From Octopus vulgaris (lineage: Eukaryota), in assembly GCA_951406725.2 (NCBI GenBank), contig OX597835.1:42842001-42906000 (forward strand): a stretch of 64,000 nt of DNA, in the 5' to 3' direction. How positions within the stretch are numbered: position 1 is the stretch's first letter; each line of letters opens with the position of its first letter. The position numbers and the translations under genes were made by a program. The notes under the pieces were generated by a model. It was not told the DNA's origin. It saw only the letters and a program-made list of their open reading frames with translations, and ran no database searches. Below are positions 43,891-56,841 of the stretch, piece after piece.

Positions 43891-44036
43891 TTAAAGCTTT
43901 TTTAAGCAACAGTTTGCACCATTGCTACATGGAGGACCCATAAGGGGTATCCAGCCAGCTTTATCACAAGTAATTGACAAACATCCAACGATCATACCAA
44001 CAAGGTTTTTGGTAACGTCTGGACTCAAGCATTCCT
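43891..44036 (-). CDS. Gene 2 exon 4: module B, KECLSPDVTKNLVGMIVGCLSITCDKAGWIPLMGPPCSNGANCCLKKL*
   Basis: Acceptor tttctgatttacAG with phase-1 entry, TAA at 43893-43891 and AATAAA about 20 nt downstream (43871-43866). Shares PDV, CL..CD, GWIPL and C..G..CC.K with gene 1 exon 3. Missed by the ORF track. Confidence 0.9.
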
Positions 44037-45435
44037 CTGTAAATCAGAAATAGAATTGGTAATTAACAGGTACATATATTAATTAAAAGTAACATTATGT
44101 ATTTCTATCACTAATTACATACTAATCATAGCAATGACTATAGACAAAAGGCAAAACAAATATACTAGTGGTGGTGGTGGTGGTGGTGGTGGTGAGGGAC
44201 TTTCTGCTTTACCATGCATTTGTATATTTGAATGCAAGATGGTCAACTGGCTGAGTCATTGGCTGAGTCATTAGAGAGTCAGATATATTGTTGCAAATCT
44301 CGACTCTCTAAGTTTAAATCCAACTGAGATCAGTATTGCCTTTCATCCTTTTGGGAGTTAATAAAGTACCAGTCAAGGTGGCAGAATCGTTAGCATGCCG
44401 GGCGAAATGCTTAGTGGTATTCCATTTGTCTTTACATTCTGAGTTCAAATTCCACCAAGGTCGACTTTGCCTTTCATCATTTTGGGGGTCGATAAATTAA
44501 GTACCAGTTGTGTACTGGGGTTGATCTAATCGACTTGGCCCCTCCCCCAAAATTTCTGGCCCTGTGCCTAGAGTAGAAAAGAATAAAGTACCAGTCATGT
44601 CCAGGGGTCAATTATTTTCTTCCATTCATTATTGCTTTCTGTCTGGAAGAAATCAGTTATGATCAATTCTTGAGAGGAATGGGCTCCACCTGGACTAAAA
44701 GTCTCCAAGGTACACTATATGCCATGATGGCACTCCGTAACTCCATTAAGGAGTTGAGCAAAGCAAAGCATATATAAGTCTATACCTGGACATATATGTC
44801 TATGCATGTATATACAGTGACATGTATTTATATTGATATACATACTGACATGGTTCTGTATTCTTTTCTACTCCAGGCACAAGGCTCGAAATTTTGGGTG
44901 AGTTGGGGCAAGTCAATTAGATCAACCTCAGTATGCAACTGGTACTTAATTTATTGACCCTGAAAGGATGAAAGGCAATGTTGACCTTGGCAGTGTTTGA
45001 ACTCAGAACGTAAAGACAGACGAAATACCTATTTCTTTACTACCCACAAGGGGCTAAACACATTATATGGACCCCAGTGCGTAACTGGTACTTATTTAAT
45101 TGACCCCAGAAGGATGAAAGGCAAAGTTGACCTTGGCAGGATTTGAACTCAGAACGTAAAGACAGACGAAATACCTATTTCTTTACTACCCACAAGGGGC
45201 TAAACACAGAGAGGACAAACAAGGACAGACAAACGGATTACGTCGATTATATGGACCCCAGTGCGTAACTGGTACTTATTTAATTGACCCTGGAAGGATG
45301 AAAGTCAAAGTTGACCTTGGCGGGATTTGAACTCAGAACGTAAAGACAGACGAAATACCGCTAAGCATTTCGCCCATCATGCTAATGTTTCTGCCTGCTT
45401 GCTGGCTTGTTCTACGTTGATGCACATATATATTG

Positions 45436-45765
45436 GCAGTGAAGACATGTGGATTGGTGGTTAGGGTATTCAGTTCACGATTGCAAGGTTGTGAGTTCAA
45501 TTTCTAATGATGCATTGTGTTCTTGAGCAAGACATTTTATTTCATGTTGCTCCAGTCCACTAAGCTAGCAAAAATGGGCAGCACCTGTATTTCAAAGGGC
45601 CAGTTTTGTTACACTCTGTCTCATGCTGAATCTTCCTGAGAACAACATGAAGGGTACACAAGTCTCTGGAGTACTCAGCCACATGCATATTAATTTCACA
45701 AGCAGGAGATTGTTCTTTTGATCAGATCAACTGGGACCTCATCATCATAACCGATGGAGTGCTAG
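45436..45765 (+). mobile_element. tRNA-derived SINE, fourth family; related minus-strand copies at about 54540-54865 and 61010-61250
   Basis: tggtggttaggg...gagttcaatt head, then tgtgttcttgagcaagacattttatttcatgttgctccagt core. Confidence 0.55.
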
Positions 45766-46416
45766 TATATTGGCCTGTATCTATAGTGTATATACCTTGA
45801 ATGTTGATATACATACACATTATCATAGATGTATATTGACTGACTGAATTATTTTTTCAATGATGACCTATTATATGGTAATTAAAGTATTTTAGCCTGT
45901 TAACTGTTGGAAATGTTTAAATAAATATCAATGAAAATGTCTATGAGAACTTACCAATTCCTGTCTTTTGTTCAAAATTGCTAAAAGCAACAATAGGATG
46001 TGAAATTTCTCAAAGAAACAAAGATAACATCTTGACATTATTGTATTGAGATGCATGTTCTGCATTGAACAAATTGGCTTCATAATTGTTAGTATTAACA
46101 TCATTTAAATTCTAAATGTATTTGGATAGGGTGGTAGCAAAGCATCTTCCAAAGTATCTGAATGCATACCTATGTTGTGAGAATCTACTCTTAAACAGAT
46201 TTTTAGTAAGCCCTTTAAAGCTTTTTGCATCATTGTTATTTACAAAAGAGTTCTTAATTCAATGAACTAATGCCTTAGACTGAGGAGGCAGATATTGAGT
46301 TGGTACCTGGTATCACATCTGGTATCATATCACAATCACATCTGGTATCATATTTAATGTCACATCTGGTGTCACATCCAATACTTCAAAACCATGTCAA
46401 AACAAAAGGAACTTAC

Positions 46417-46659
46417 TTTGTGCTGGTGTTGTTGGTGCTGGGGCTGTAGTTGTTGGAACAGTTGTCGGAACAGTTGTCGGAACAGTTGTCGGGACAGTTG
46501 TCGGAACAGTAGTTGTTGGTGCTGGGGTTGTTGTTGGTGGTGCTGCCCTTTCGACGCAGTGAAGTACGTTGTTTATGAAACACATTTCTACCAAAAGTTC
46601 GTTGTTGCAGTTTGGTGCAGTGTTGGTGCAAGACATATTTGGCAAGTAACAACTGGGGC
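46417..46659 (-). CDS. Gene 2 exon 3: module A2 CPSCYLPNMSCTNTAPNCNNELLVEMCFINNVLHCVE + Pro/Thr-rich linker
   Basis: Acceptor ttttttaattccAG and donor A|GTAAGT; 243 nt, phase 1-1; lies inside ORF 46397-46855. Confidence 0.9.
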
Positions 46660-47225
46660 CTGGAATTAAAAAAATAACATCATCATTAGGGTCATCATTG
46701 TTGCCATCATCATCATCACTAGCACCACTAACTTCTACCACCACCATCATCATCATCACCACATTACTACCGTCATCACCATAACTATCATCATCATCAT
46801 CATCATCATCACTAGCACCACTAACTCCCACCACAACCATCATCATCATCACCATATTACTACCATCACCACCATAACCATCATCATCACCACTGCTACC
46901 ATCACCACAGTTCTAAGTTCAAATTCTGCCAAGGTTGACTTTCATCCTTTCAAAGGGTTGCTAAAATAAGTACCAGTTGTGCACTGGGGTCAAAGTAATC
47001 AGTTAGCCCTTTCCACCCAAATTTCAGGCCTTGTGCCTTATGCCTATAGTCAAAAAGGATTAAGGATTACACATTGTTCATCTCTTTTTTTTTTCTTTTC
47101 AATATTATTACTCTTGTTTACACACAAAACCCTCACAACTACACACACTCACACGCATTTTTTTTTCTCCTCTGCCGTCCATAATGTTTTTCTTCTGTAA
47201 GCCCATGTGGTTAATAAAGAAATCG

Positions 47226-47258
<33 letters not shown>

Positions 47259-47282
47259 ACATCATCATTATTATTATTATTA

Positions 47283-47338
<56 letters not shown>

Positions 47339-47471
47339 GTCGTCGTCATTGTCATCATCATCATCATCATCATCATTATTATTATTAGTAGTAGTAGTAG
47401 CAGCAGCAGTAGTAGTAGTAGTAGCAGCAGCAGTAGTAGTAGTAGTAGCAGCAGCAGCAGCAGCAGCAGCT

Positions 47472-47527
<56 letters not shown>

Positions 47528-47701
47528 TGTAGTAGTCTATATAACATAGCACCAGTGTTGATAAACATTGGTGATGTGGAGAAATGAGACTTGCACGTGC
47601 ATTCATGGGAAATTGCCAGTCTTCTTTAAAGGATTGTGTCCAGGCCTGCATCTGCATGTGCAAACGAATGGTCAACCTTGACCAACAGGAACCCTAGAGA
47701 T

Positions 47702-49150
47702 ATACGAGGGGGTACCCAAAAGAAACGGGAATTTTGCAATATTATTTCATTCACTTAGTTTTACATGTTTACATTTTTACCACATTCAAAGAATTCTCCA
47801 TTCGAAGCCCTGCATCGGTCCAGACACATTTTCCACTGTTCGAAGCAGTCCAGGATCTCTTGGGAAGTGATGCCTTTTAACACCTCTGTTAGGAAGGGCA
47901 TCCAGCTGTAGAAACTCTGCCAGATCAAGACTGGAGCCTGGTGCAGCCATCTGGTTCACCAGTCCTCAGTCAAAATCGTCCAACCCATGCTAGCATGGAA
48001 AGCAGACGTTAAACGATGATGATGATAATAATGATGATGATGATGATTTTTTTCTTCACCTCTTCCACATCTGCAAAATGTTTTCCTTTAAAGACTTTTT
48101 TTCCATTTGGGGGAACAAAAAAAGTCAGAGGGAGAAAGATTGGGTGAATAGGGAGGGTGGGTAAGTGGGGGGTCATGCCATTTTGGGTCAAGAACTGTCT
48201 CACTCTCAAGGTGACATGCACAGGAGCATTGTCGTAATGAAACCACCACTCTCCACTTTGTCACCGGTCAGGGCATTTTCATTCCACCACATCTTACAAA
48301 TGCTTCACAACTGCTAAGTAAAATGTTTGGTCAACAGTTTGACCAGGAGGAGCAAATTCGGTGTAGACCATTCCGTTTGCATTGATGAACCAAATCAGTA
48401 GCATCTTGATGTTGGACTTCATTTGGCACTCTTTTTCGGGAGTGTGATGACATTGGGCGCTTCCATTGACTTGATTGCTGCTTCGTTTCCAGGTCATAAC
48501 CATAGCACCAGCTTTCATCACCCGTGATGATCTTTGAATAAAAAGATCTGGATCAACTTCTCACTGTTCTTTCAGTTCATGAAATGCATTCAGCCATGAC
48601 TGCATTCCATCTTCCATGAGCAAGCAAGGCACAAATATTGTTGCAACTCTTTCCATTCACAATTCCTCACACAAAATTCATTGGCAGGAGCACCAGAACA
48701 CAGCAGTCATATCATCAAGTTCATCAATTGTTCAGTGATGGTCCTCCAAGATCAGTTCATATATTTTCGTGATGTTTCAGCGGTCACCCTGAATGAGGAT
48801 GTTCTTCAAGCGACAAGTGGCCATTCCTAAAGTGTGAAAAACACTTGTAAACTTTGTTTTGCCAATGGCAGCATCCTTGTAAGTTGTTTGAGCCATGACA
48901 ACCGTTTCAGCCACCATTTTTCCCGGCAGCAAACAGGATTTCATGGAAACATGCTGCTCCTTTGTTTCGGTCATCGCAAAAGTCGATGAACAGGAAAGAA
49001 GCACTACAAAACAAAGACACACCACGTGACAGCACAACTTCAAATGACACCACCAGAGAGCAGACTGATGCCTGAGGGTCGCATCAAGTAGCTTCTAGTG
49101 ACAGAAGCCTGAACTACAATGGGCTTTCCTACAGACGTTTCTGGTTACAC
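47702..49150 (-). pseudogene. Degenerate mariner transposon with an RTE 3' fragment inserted (47888-48046)
   Basis: TA-cgagggggtacccaaaa terminus. Frameshifted transposase pieces: EQHVSMKSCLLPGK..ETV, FINANGMVYTEFAPPGQTVDQTFY, FKGKHFADVEEVK. Confidence 0.8.
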
Positions 49151-49288
49151 GATGGGCTTCTTTCAGTTTCCGTTTGCCAAATCCACTCACAGGGCTTTGG
49201 TCGGCCCAAGGCTACAGTAGAAGACACTTAGGGTATATGTATGTATCATCATCATCATCATCATCATTTAGCGGAGAGCAGACGCTAA

Positions 49289-49332
<44 letters not shown>

Positions 49333-49652
49333 ACATACATATATGTGTGGCACCTTGGGCAAGTGTCTTCTGCTGTAGCCTTGGGCCGATCAAAGCCTTG
49401 TGAGTGGATTTGGCAAACGGAAACTGAAAGAAGCCCATCATGTAACCAGTGTTTGTCCCTACTCCATTGCTTGACAACCAATGTCGGTGTGCTTATGTCC
49501 ACATCACTTAGCAGTTTGGCAAAAAGAGACTGATAGAATAAGTACTAGGCTTACAAAGCATAAGCCCTGGGTTTGATTTGTTCGACTAAAGGCGGTGCTC
49601 CAGCATGGCCGCAGTCAAATGACTGAAACAAGCAAAAGAATAAAAGAATAAA
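49141..49652. mobile_element. SINE family A with a fold-back duplication of its 5' part
   Basis: 49141-49229 is the reverse complement of about 49361-49449, around an inner (CAT)n/(ATG)n palindrome. Confidence 0.8.
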
Positions 49653-49697
49653 AAATCTGAAGTAAAACTAAAAAGCAAGATTGATTGAACTACTTAC

Positions 49698-49814
49698 ACA
49701 TTTTAGGTTCAATACAGAGGAAGACCCCATTCTGGTAGCAGTAACCCTTCACGTAGGGAGTGCAGTTTGGGGACGACTTACTGCAGTCAAACATGCCTGT
49801 GTAGCAGTCATTAC
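49698..49814 (-). CDS. Gene 2 exon 2: module A1, CNDCYTGMFDCSKSSPNCTPYVKGYCYQNGVFLCIEPKM
   Basis: Acceptor ttttcttttctgctcaAG and donor T|GTAAGT; 117 nt, phase 1-1; shares CxxCxxGxxDCS...C(F/Y)xxGxFxCIEP with gene 1 exon 2. Missed by the ORF track. Confidence 0.9.
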
Positions 49815-49919
49815 CTTGAGCAGAAAAGAAAAATTTAAACTTTAATCTTAATAACCATATCATTCTTGAAGATTAATTCGTTTTTTGTATCTGCAGGTAG
49901 ATATGGAACACCCGAATAT

Positions 49920-50409
49920 ACAGACACAAACACACATACATACATACCCACACACATACATACAGACATATACATACATACACGATCATATACACATACA
50001 CACACACACATATACATACGTACACACATATGTACATAATACATAGATACATATGCACATACATACAAACATACACACAGAGACATGAATACACACATAC
50101 ATGCATGCATACACACATACATACATATACACACACACACATACGTACACACACACATACATACATACATATACATACATAATATATAATACATACATAC
50201 ATACATACACACACACTTACATACATACACACACATACATACACGCATACATCTGTACACATACATACATTACACACATACATCCATACACACACATGCA
50301 TACATACATACATGCATGCATGCATACATACACACTCACACACACATACATACATACACACATACATCCGTACACACACATGCATACATACATACATGCA
50401 TGCATGCAT

Positions 50410-50444
<35 letters not shown>

Positions 50445-51468
50445 TACACACGCACACACATACACACATACACAATTGCATACATAGAATAAAGTAGCTT
50501 CAATGATAATCCTCTCCTGCGAATAGACTCTCCAGCTTCCAGAGAGAGATGAAGGAAGATCATTAATTGAAGAATTCTCTTCGATGCTGACCTTTTCTCA
50601 TCTTTGTGTATTCCAATCTAACTCAACTTTCTGCGAGTAACTTGTCTTGGCAGCAATGTATAAGGATTATGGAAACGTTTCCATGGTAACAAATAATTTT
50701 TTTTTTAAAATCATCAAAAATAGCACTGGTGAAGCTGGTTGTCAGGAGACCACCCAAGATGAAGTCTCTCCTATCAAGACCACCACCACTGTGATTTATT
50801 GACAGGGTTAATGAGAGACACAGCAGGAGGTTCAAGGTTCAATCTTCAGTCGACCCATGTTTCACAGACTTCTTCTCCTTTTCCTTCTTTCTTTTGTTTT
50901 TCCATGCTTCCCTTGTTTTTTTTTATTATATTGTTGTTGCTGCTGTTACTGTTGTTGTTGCTAGCATTGATACTGCTTTTGAAACTTTGTATCTGACCAT
51001 AGACTTGAGTGTGAAAAAATATATATACATATATATATATGCATATGTATGCGTATACATGTATATATGTGTGTGTGTATATTTATATATAATATATATT
51101 ATATAATATATGTTATATAATATATGTGTGTGTATGTGTGCGTGTATAATGGGTGATAAAGCGGTTGTAAATATGTGGGATAAATAATTCGCAAGTGTTG
51201 CTAAGAGAGATGAGAATCTTCAACTCCTTCGTCAGACTGAGTTTGTCCAGAAATAGAAAAGTTGGCAAGAAGAAAGACTGAAAATCAATGTGTATGTGCA
51301 TATTCATACATACATACACATACATACGTACATACATACACACATGCACACATACATACACACATGCACACATGCACATACATACATACATACATACATA
51401 CAAACATACATACATACATACACACACATACATACATACATGCACACATACATACATATATACATACA

Positions 51469-51504
<36 letters not shown>

Positions 51505-51872
51505 CATGCACACACACGCATACATACATGCACACACATATATACATATATATATAAATACATATATACATATATATATACACACACACATACACACACA
51601 TATATACATGCATATATACATATATGTATACATACACACACATATATACATACATACATACATACATATATACATACACATGCATACATACATACAGAGA
51701 TATACATACACATATACACATACATGCACACAAACATATATACAGATATACATACATATACATGCATACATACACACAAACACATACATACACACACATA
51801 CCTACCTACATGTATACATACACACATACACACATACATACATACATACATACACATACATACATATGTTCA

Positions 51873-51903
<31 letters not shown>

Positions 51904-51976
51904 GTACATACATACGTACATACAAACATACACACATACATACATACATACGTACATACATACATACATACATACA

Positions 51977-52007
<31 letters not shown>

Positions 52008-52010
52008 GCA
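49920..52010. repeat. (CATA)n/(CA)n compound microsatellites flanking a unique island (about 50480-51290)
   Basis: Directly visible. Confidence 0.9.
50669..50690. promoter_or_regulatory. RFX X-box match GTTTCCATGGTAAC (50677-50690) overlapping the palindrome ATGGAAACGTTTCCAT
   Basis: Exact fit to GTHNYYATRRNAAC; function unproven. Confidence 0.35.
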
Positions 52011-52014
52011 CACT

Positions 52015-52340
52015 TATTGAATATTGGTGGAACACTTGCTTAAAAGCTTCTGCCAAGTGCAAACATAACAGGCCAGATATTGTTATTTGGGACAGACAAG
52101 ACAAAATACAAACTGCCATAGAGGTCAGCTGCCTTGCCAACGCAAATATCTCTTGAAAAAACCAAGAGATAAAGGATAACCATGTACAACTGTTCTGAAA
52201 CCTCCTGTTTCTGCACCCAGGTTATAAATTTATGTCTATGCCATACTTTTAGAAAAAGAAATCAACCAGCTGACATACAGTCTGTAAGCGGAACATTAAA
52301 AATATGCAAGACTTTTCTCAAGTTTAAAATGTGACTTTGT
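52015..52340 (+). mobile_element. RLE-type non-LTR retrotransposon endonuclease remnant
   Basis: WWN...KCKHNRPDIVIWDRQDK..AIEVSC resembles the PD-(D/E)xK restriction-like endonuclease of R4/NeSL-type elements. Confidence 0.65.
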
Positions 52341-53303
52341 TCTTGTTATCTACATTACGACGATGGAGGTTTGTATTTTTTGTTAGGTACCAGCTCCTTC
52401 CTTGCAGGAAGACTAAATAATTAAAAGTAGAAGAGAACATGTGTGTGTGTGTGTAAATGTGTGTGTATACATGTATATCTATGCATATATCTGTCCAAAT
52501 TATGCCAGTTGTCTAACTCATGCCAGCATGGAAAAACAGACGTCAAAGGATGATGGTGGCGGTGGTGGTGGCAGCGGTGGTGGTGGTGGTGGTGGCGGCG
52601 GCGGTGGTGGTGGTGGTGGCGGCGGCGGTGGTGGTGGTGGTGGTGGTGGTAGTGGTGAAGAGGAGGAGGAGGAGGAGGTTGATAATAATGAGGATGATGA
52701 TGGTGATGGTGATGGTGGTGGTGGTGGTCATGATGATGTTGATGATGATGATGATGATGATGATGGTGATGTTGGTGGTGGTGCTGCTGCTGCTGATATG
52801 TTTCTCTGGAAACATATACGGATGTTGTAAGCCTCAGCTGGAGCAACCTGTTCTAGGTTGGAGCAAAAGCATGAGAGGTGAAGTGATTCCATGTAAGACA
52901 TGCAAAACTAGACTAGCACCAAATTTATATTAAAATAATTCCTCACATTATACTCATAAGCTTGATTCATCATCTTCGCCATTATCACCACCACCGACAC
53001 CACCACCACCACCACCATCACCACCACAACCACCACCACAATCACCACCACCACGACCACCACCACGACGACCACGACGACCACCACGACGACCACGTCG
53101 ACCACCACTACCACCATCATCATCTTCATCATCATCATAATCATCATCATCATCATCATCATCTATTTGATATTAGAATTTCAAAAACTGTGACAGCAAA
53201 TGGAAAAAAAATCTGTCTTCTACTATAGCCCCAAGTCAACCAATGCTTTGTGAGTGAATTTGATAGATGGAAATAAAAATTGTGTGGAAGCCCACTGGTT
53301 ATA

Positions 53304-53945
53304 GACAGGGTGTGGTGAATATATTGTCGTCTAAATTACACAAAAATGAAAATAACACTGACAACTTGTTTTAGCAGATATTTTTACCAAAATTACATAA
53401 AAATATCTTGAAATACTAAAAAGTAAATTTATTCCATAAAATCGCTATTGGCTTCAACCACGGCCTCCAGACGACTTTTGGAATCTCCTGCAACTCTTCT
53501 GCATGATCTCCTCTTTAAGTTGGTGAATGCTGCCATAATCCTTGCCTTCAGTTCATCTTTGGCGTTACAAGGAGTTTTGGTGGTCTTTAGTTCAACTGCA
53601 TCCCACACATAATAATCAAGGGGGTTGCAGTCTGGGGAGTTAGGTGGCCAGGTATTAGGGGTGATGTGGTGGCAGAAATTGTCTGACAGCCATGACTGTA
53701 TTCTCCAGCTTGTGTGGGCATGGTGCAGAGTCCTGTTGCCAGACACAGGGTTTTCCAGCAGCCACCCTCTTGACCCAGGGCAACACTACCTCCTCCAGGC
53801 ACTTGATGTAGGTCTCTTTGTTGAGTGTGAGGCCATGTGGGAAGATGAATGGAGGCATAACGTCACCATCACTCATGATCACTCCAAACACCATGATGTT
53901 GACTGGATGTTTGATTTTCATCACTCTCAGCACATGTCCTCAGAT
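53304..53945 (-). pseudogene. maT (DD37D) Tc1/mariner-superfamily transposase C-terminal relic
   Basis: WQQDSAPC[frameshift]HTSWRIQSWL...WPPNSPDCNPLDYYVW. After correcting the frameshift, 37 residues separate the second and third catalytic D. Confidence 0.8.
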
Positions 53946-54163
53946 TGACATCCAAACACTCTGAAATGTTCATACTGGAGCTCTCTAACCCATCTCGAGA
54001 CACTACAAGCACGTGTTTCGAAGAAAGCCGACAGAAATTTCTAAAATATCCCGGTAGAGAGTTTCTATTTTGGATATATTTGGGTTACTTAATTGTGCTC
54101 ATGACTTAGTGTTTGCTTCTTCCATGGGTATAAGTAAGTGTTTCACTTATTTCTTTGCCGCAT

Positions 54164-54224
54164 TTATCACTGATGAAGGGAAGGTTCTTATGAACTAACT
54201 CTGAAATCAGGTCCGATATGGTAA
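54164..54224 (+). ncRNA. Minimal type I hammerhead ribozyme candidate
   Basis: ttatca-CTGATGA-stem II-GAAA-tc(aggtcc)ga-TA-tggtaa; stem I 6 bp, AUA cleavage triplet. Confidence 0.6.
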
Positions 54225-54866
54225 TAATAAGAATTTTTAGAAATTTCTGTCGGCTTTCTTCGAAACGCGTGCTTGTTAGTGATAAATTACATGGTTATTG
54301 ACGTAGTGTCTATTTTCGGCATATTTTGGCATTAGAAATTTTTTCTTTTGCCCTTACTTATAAATTGTTTATAAATTTAACCTTTAAAGGTAATTTTTTA
54401 ATATGCTGGAATTTTTTTTTAGAAAAATTCTATCCTATATTAGATATATAAATATATATATTTATGTGTGTATGTATATATATATTTATACATATACATA
54501 CGTACATATGTATGTATGTATATATATATATATATATGTATGTATTGAGACCCCCTATGACTATAAGATCTCACCTAGAAAGTTACCCTCCGAGGCACAA
54601 ATCTTGGCAAGGTTGTTTATGGAAGACCAGCAGTCGCCCATGCATACCAGCCTCCCTTCTCCACTGATGTTATCCAAGGGAAAGGCAAAGGAGCCGATAC
54701 AGCTTGACACCAGTGACGTCACAACTCATTTCTGCAGCTGAGTGAACTGGAGAAATGTGAAATAAAGTGTTTTGCTCAAGAACACAACACGCAGCCCAGT
54801 CCGGGAATCGAACTCACAACCTCACCATCATAAGCTTGATGCCCTAACCACTTAGCCATGCACCTT

Positions 54867-55523
<657 letters not shown>

Positions 55524-55525
55524 AA

Positions 55526-55990
55526 CAAATCAAATTGCGATAAAATAAATATAATTATTATCGCTGGTATTTCTAACACAAGCCATATATTTTCCATATA
55601 TCAGTACATTAAGGTGAAATATGTGCTAGGAACACAGAAGCTAGATAAATTTAGTGAAATGAAGATAAAAACGTTTACTAACTCGGTTATTCTCAGACTG
55701 CAGTTTCTTTCTTTTCAGCAATAAAGATAATTTATTTGCTCAGGGAGAATTCATCAGTGAGAGCCCTGTTTTTCTGAGATCCTAACTCACTAGAAGCATG
55801 TGCTTCTAATGATTTACTCTCTCTAACTAATCAGATCACTGCGCAGACTCCGAACGTCCCGACAAAACTAGGGATTTCTGGTATATCGTCTAGCGCTCAA
55901 AATTTATCGAGAAATATGTAAGCAAATCAAATTGCGATAAAATAAAAATAATTATAATCGCTGGTATTTCTAACACAAGCCATATATATA
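55526..55990 (-). mobile_element. Retrozyme/Penelope-LTR-like unit (397-bp period, ~65-bp terminal direct repeat)
   Basis: caaatcaaattgcgataaaataaa...tcgctggtatttctaacacaagccatatat occurs at 55526 and 55923; the unit contains a hammerhead motif. Confidence 0.6.
55691..55762 (-). ncRNA. Minimal type I hammerhead ribozyme candidate (intact core)
   Basis: Minus strand: tctca-CTGATGA-long stem II-GAAAC-tgca-GTC-tgaga; 5-bp stem I, palindromic stem III (actgcagt), GUC triplet. Confidence 0.7.
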
Positions 55991-55991
55991 T

Positions 55992-56797
55992 ATCACGTGA
56001 CTGTTGGCCGAAATCTGCCTTTCAGTTCCTGACCCTCGTCTTGTTAACATCGCTGTTTTCGTCCGCCACTATAAAGGCTTTTTCCATTGCGCCAGAGAAA
56101 AAATTTGTTTGCTTGTTATCAGTCGTAAGACACTGTTGTTTTCACCGTTAATGCTTCTGTATTTCATGTTTCTGTATTCCATTATTGTTTTTTGTTTTTG
56201 TTTTGTTTTTTTTTTTTATATCTGTCCCTTTTGCTGTCCTGGTGTTCGTATGCATTCGATCCTTCTTCCAGGAAATCTACGCTTCCAGCTTAGTTTTTCT
56301 AATGCTCGTTGCTTGGTTTTTCTTGGAGGGCTGGCCGTGATCTAGTAATCTCAAGATTAATCAGCCGAAATTACTACGATGATCCGGTTCTTGACTGAAG
56401 ACTGAGGGTTTCGAATGTCCTGTCCGTGTTTATTGTGTCGTCTTCTAAGAGTTATACGTTCTTGTCCATGTTGTATTTTTCTACATACCTTAACATATAT
56501 TCCAGGCGCCCCGTACCCCCCTTAACATTTATGTGAGCACATATTCTTAATAATTGGTACGACTCTCTGTTTGTCTCTCTCTCTCTCTCATTTTTACTTG
56601 ATCTGTCCCCCTCTCTCTCTTTTCTCTCTACTCATCCTCTTTTTCTCTTCTCTTTCCTCTGATTCTTTGGTCTAGTCTTCCACTACCCTCCTATTTCTTT
56701 GTCTCGCTCTGCACTCACAGGTCATTCTTCGACACCCATCCCTTCTCTCTGATTCCTTCTTTCTCTCTCTTCTCTCTCTTTGTTGCGTTTGTCCCTC

Positions 56798-56841
<44 letters not shown>

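Noticed and set aside
45955-45980. 26-nt candidate exon with a GTAAGT donor in gene 2 intron 3
   Set aside because: Inclusion would shift the frame of the conserved module B exon; exon 3 joins exon 4 in frame without it.
50484-50563. Alternative first exon for gene 2 (MIFLHLSLEAGE..., donor GTATGC)
   Set aside because: Ends in phase 2 and is a poor signal peptide; the phase-1 frame contains a stop. The exon at 63287-63215 fits much better.
56004-56345. 113-aa hydrophobic ORF in the 884-bp repeat
   Set aside because: Starts at TTG, frame differs between copies through poly-T length, and has no recognisable motif.
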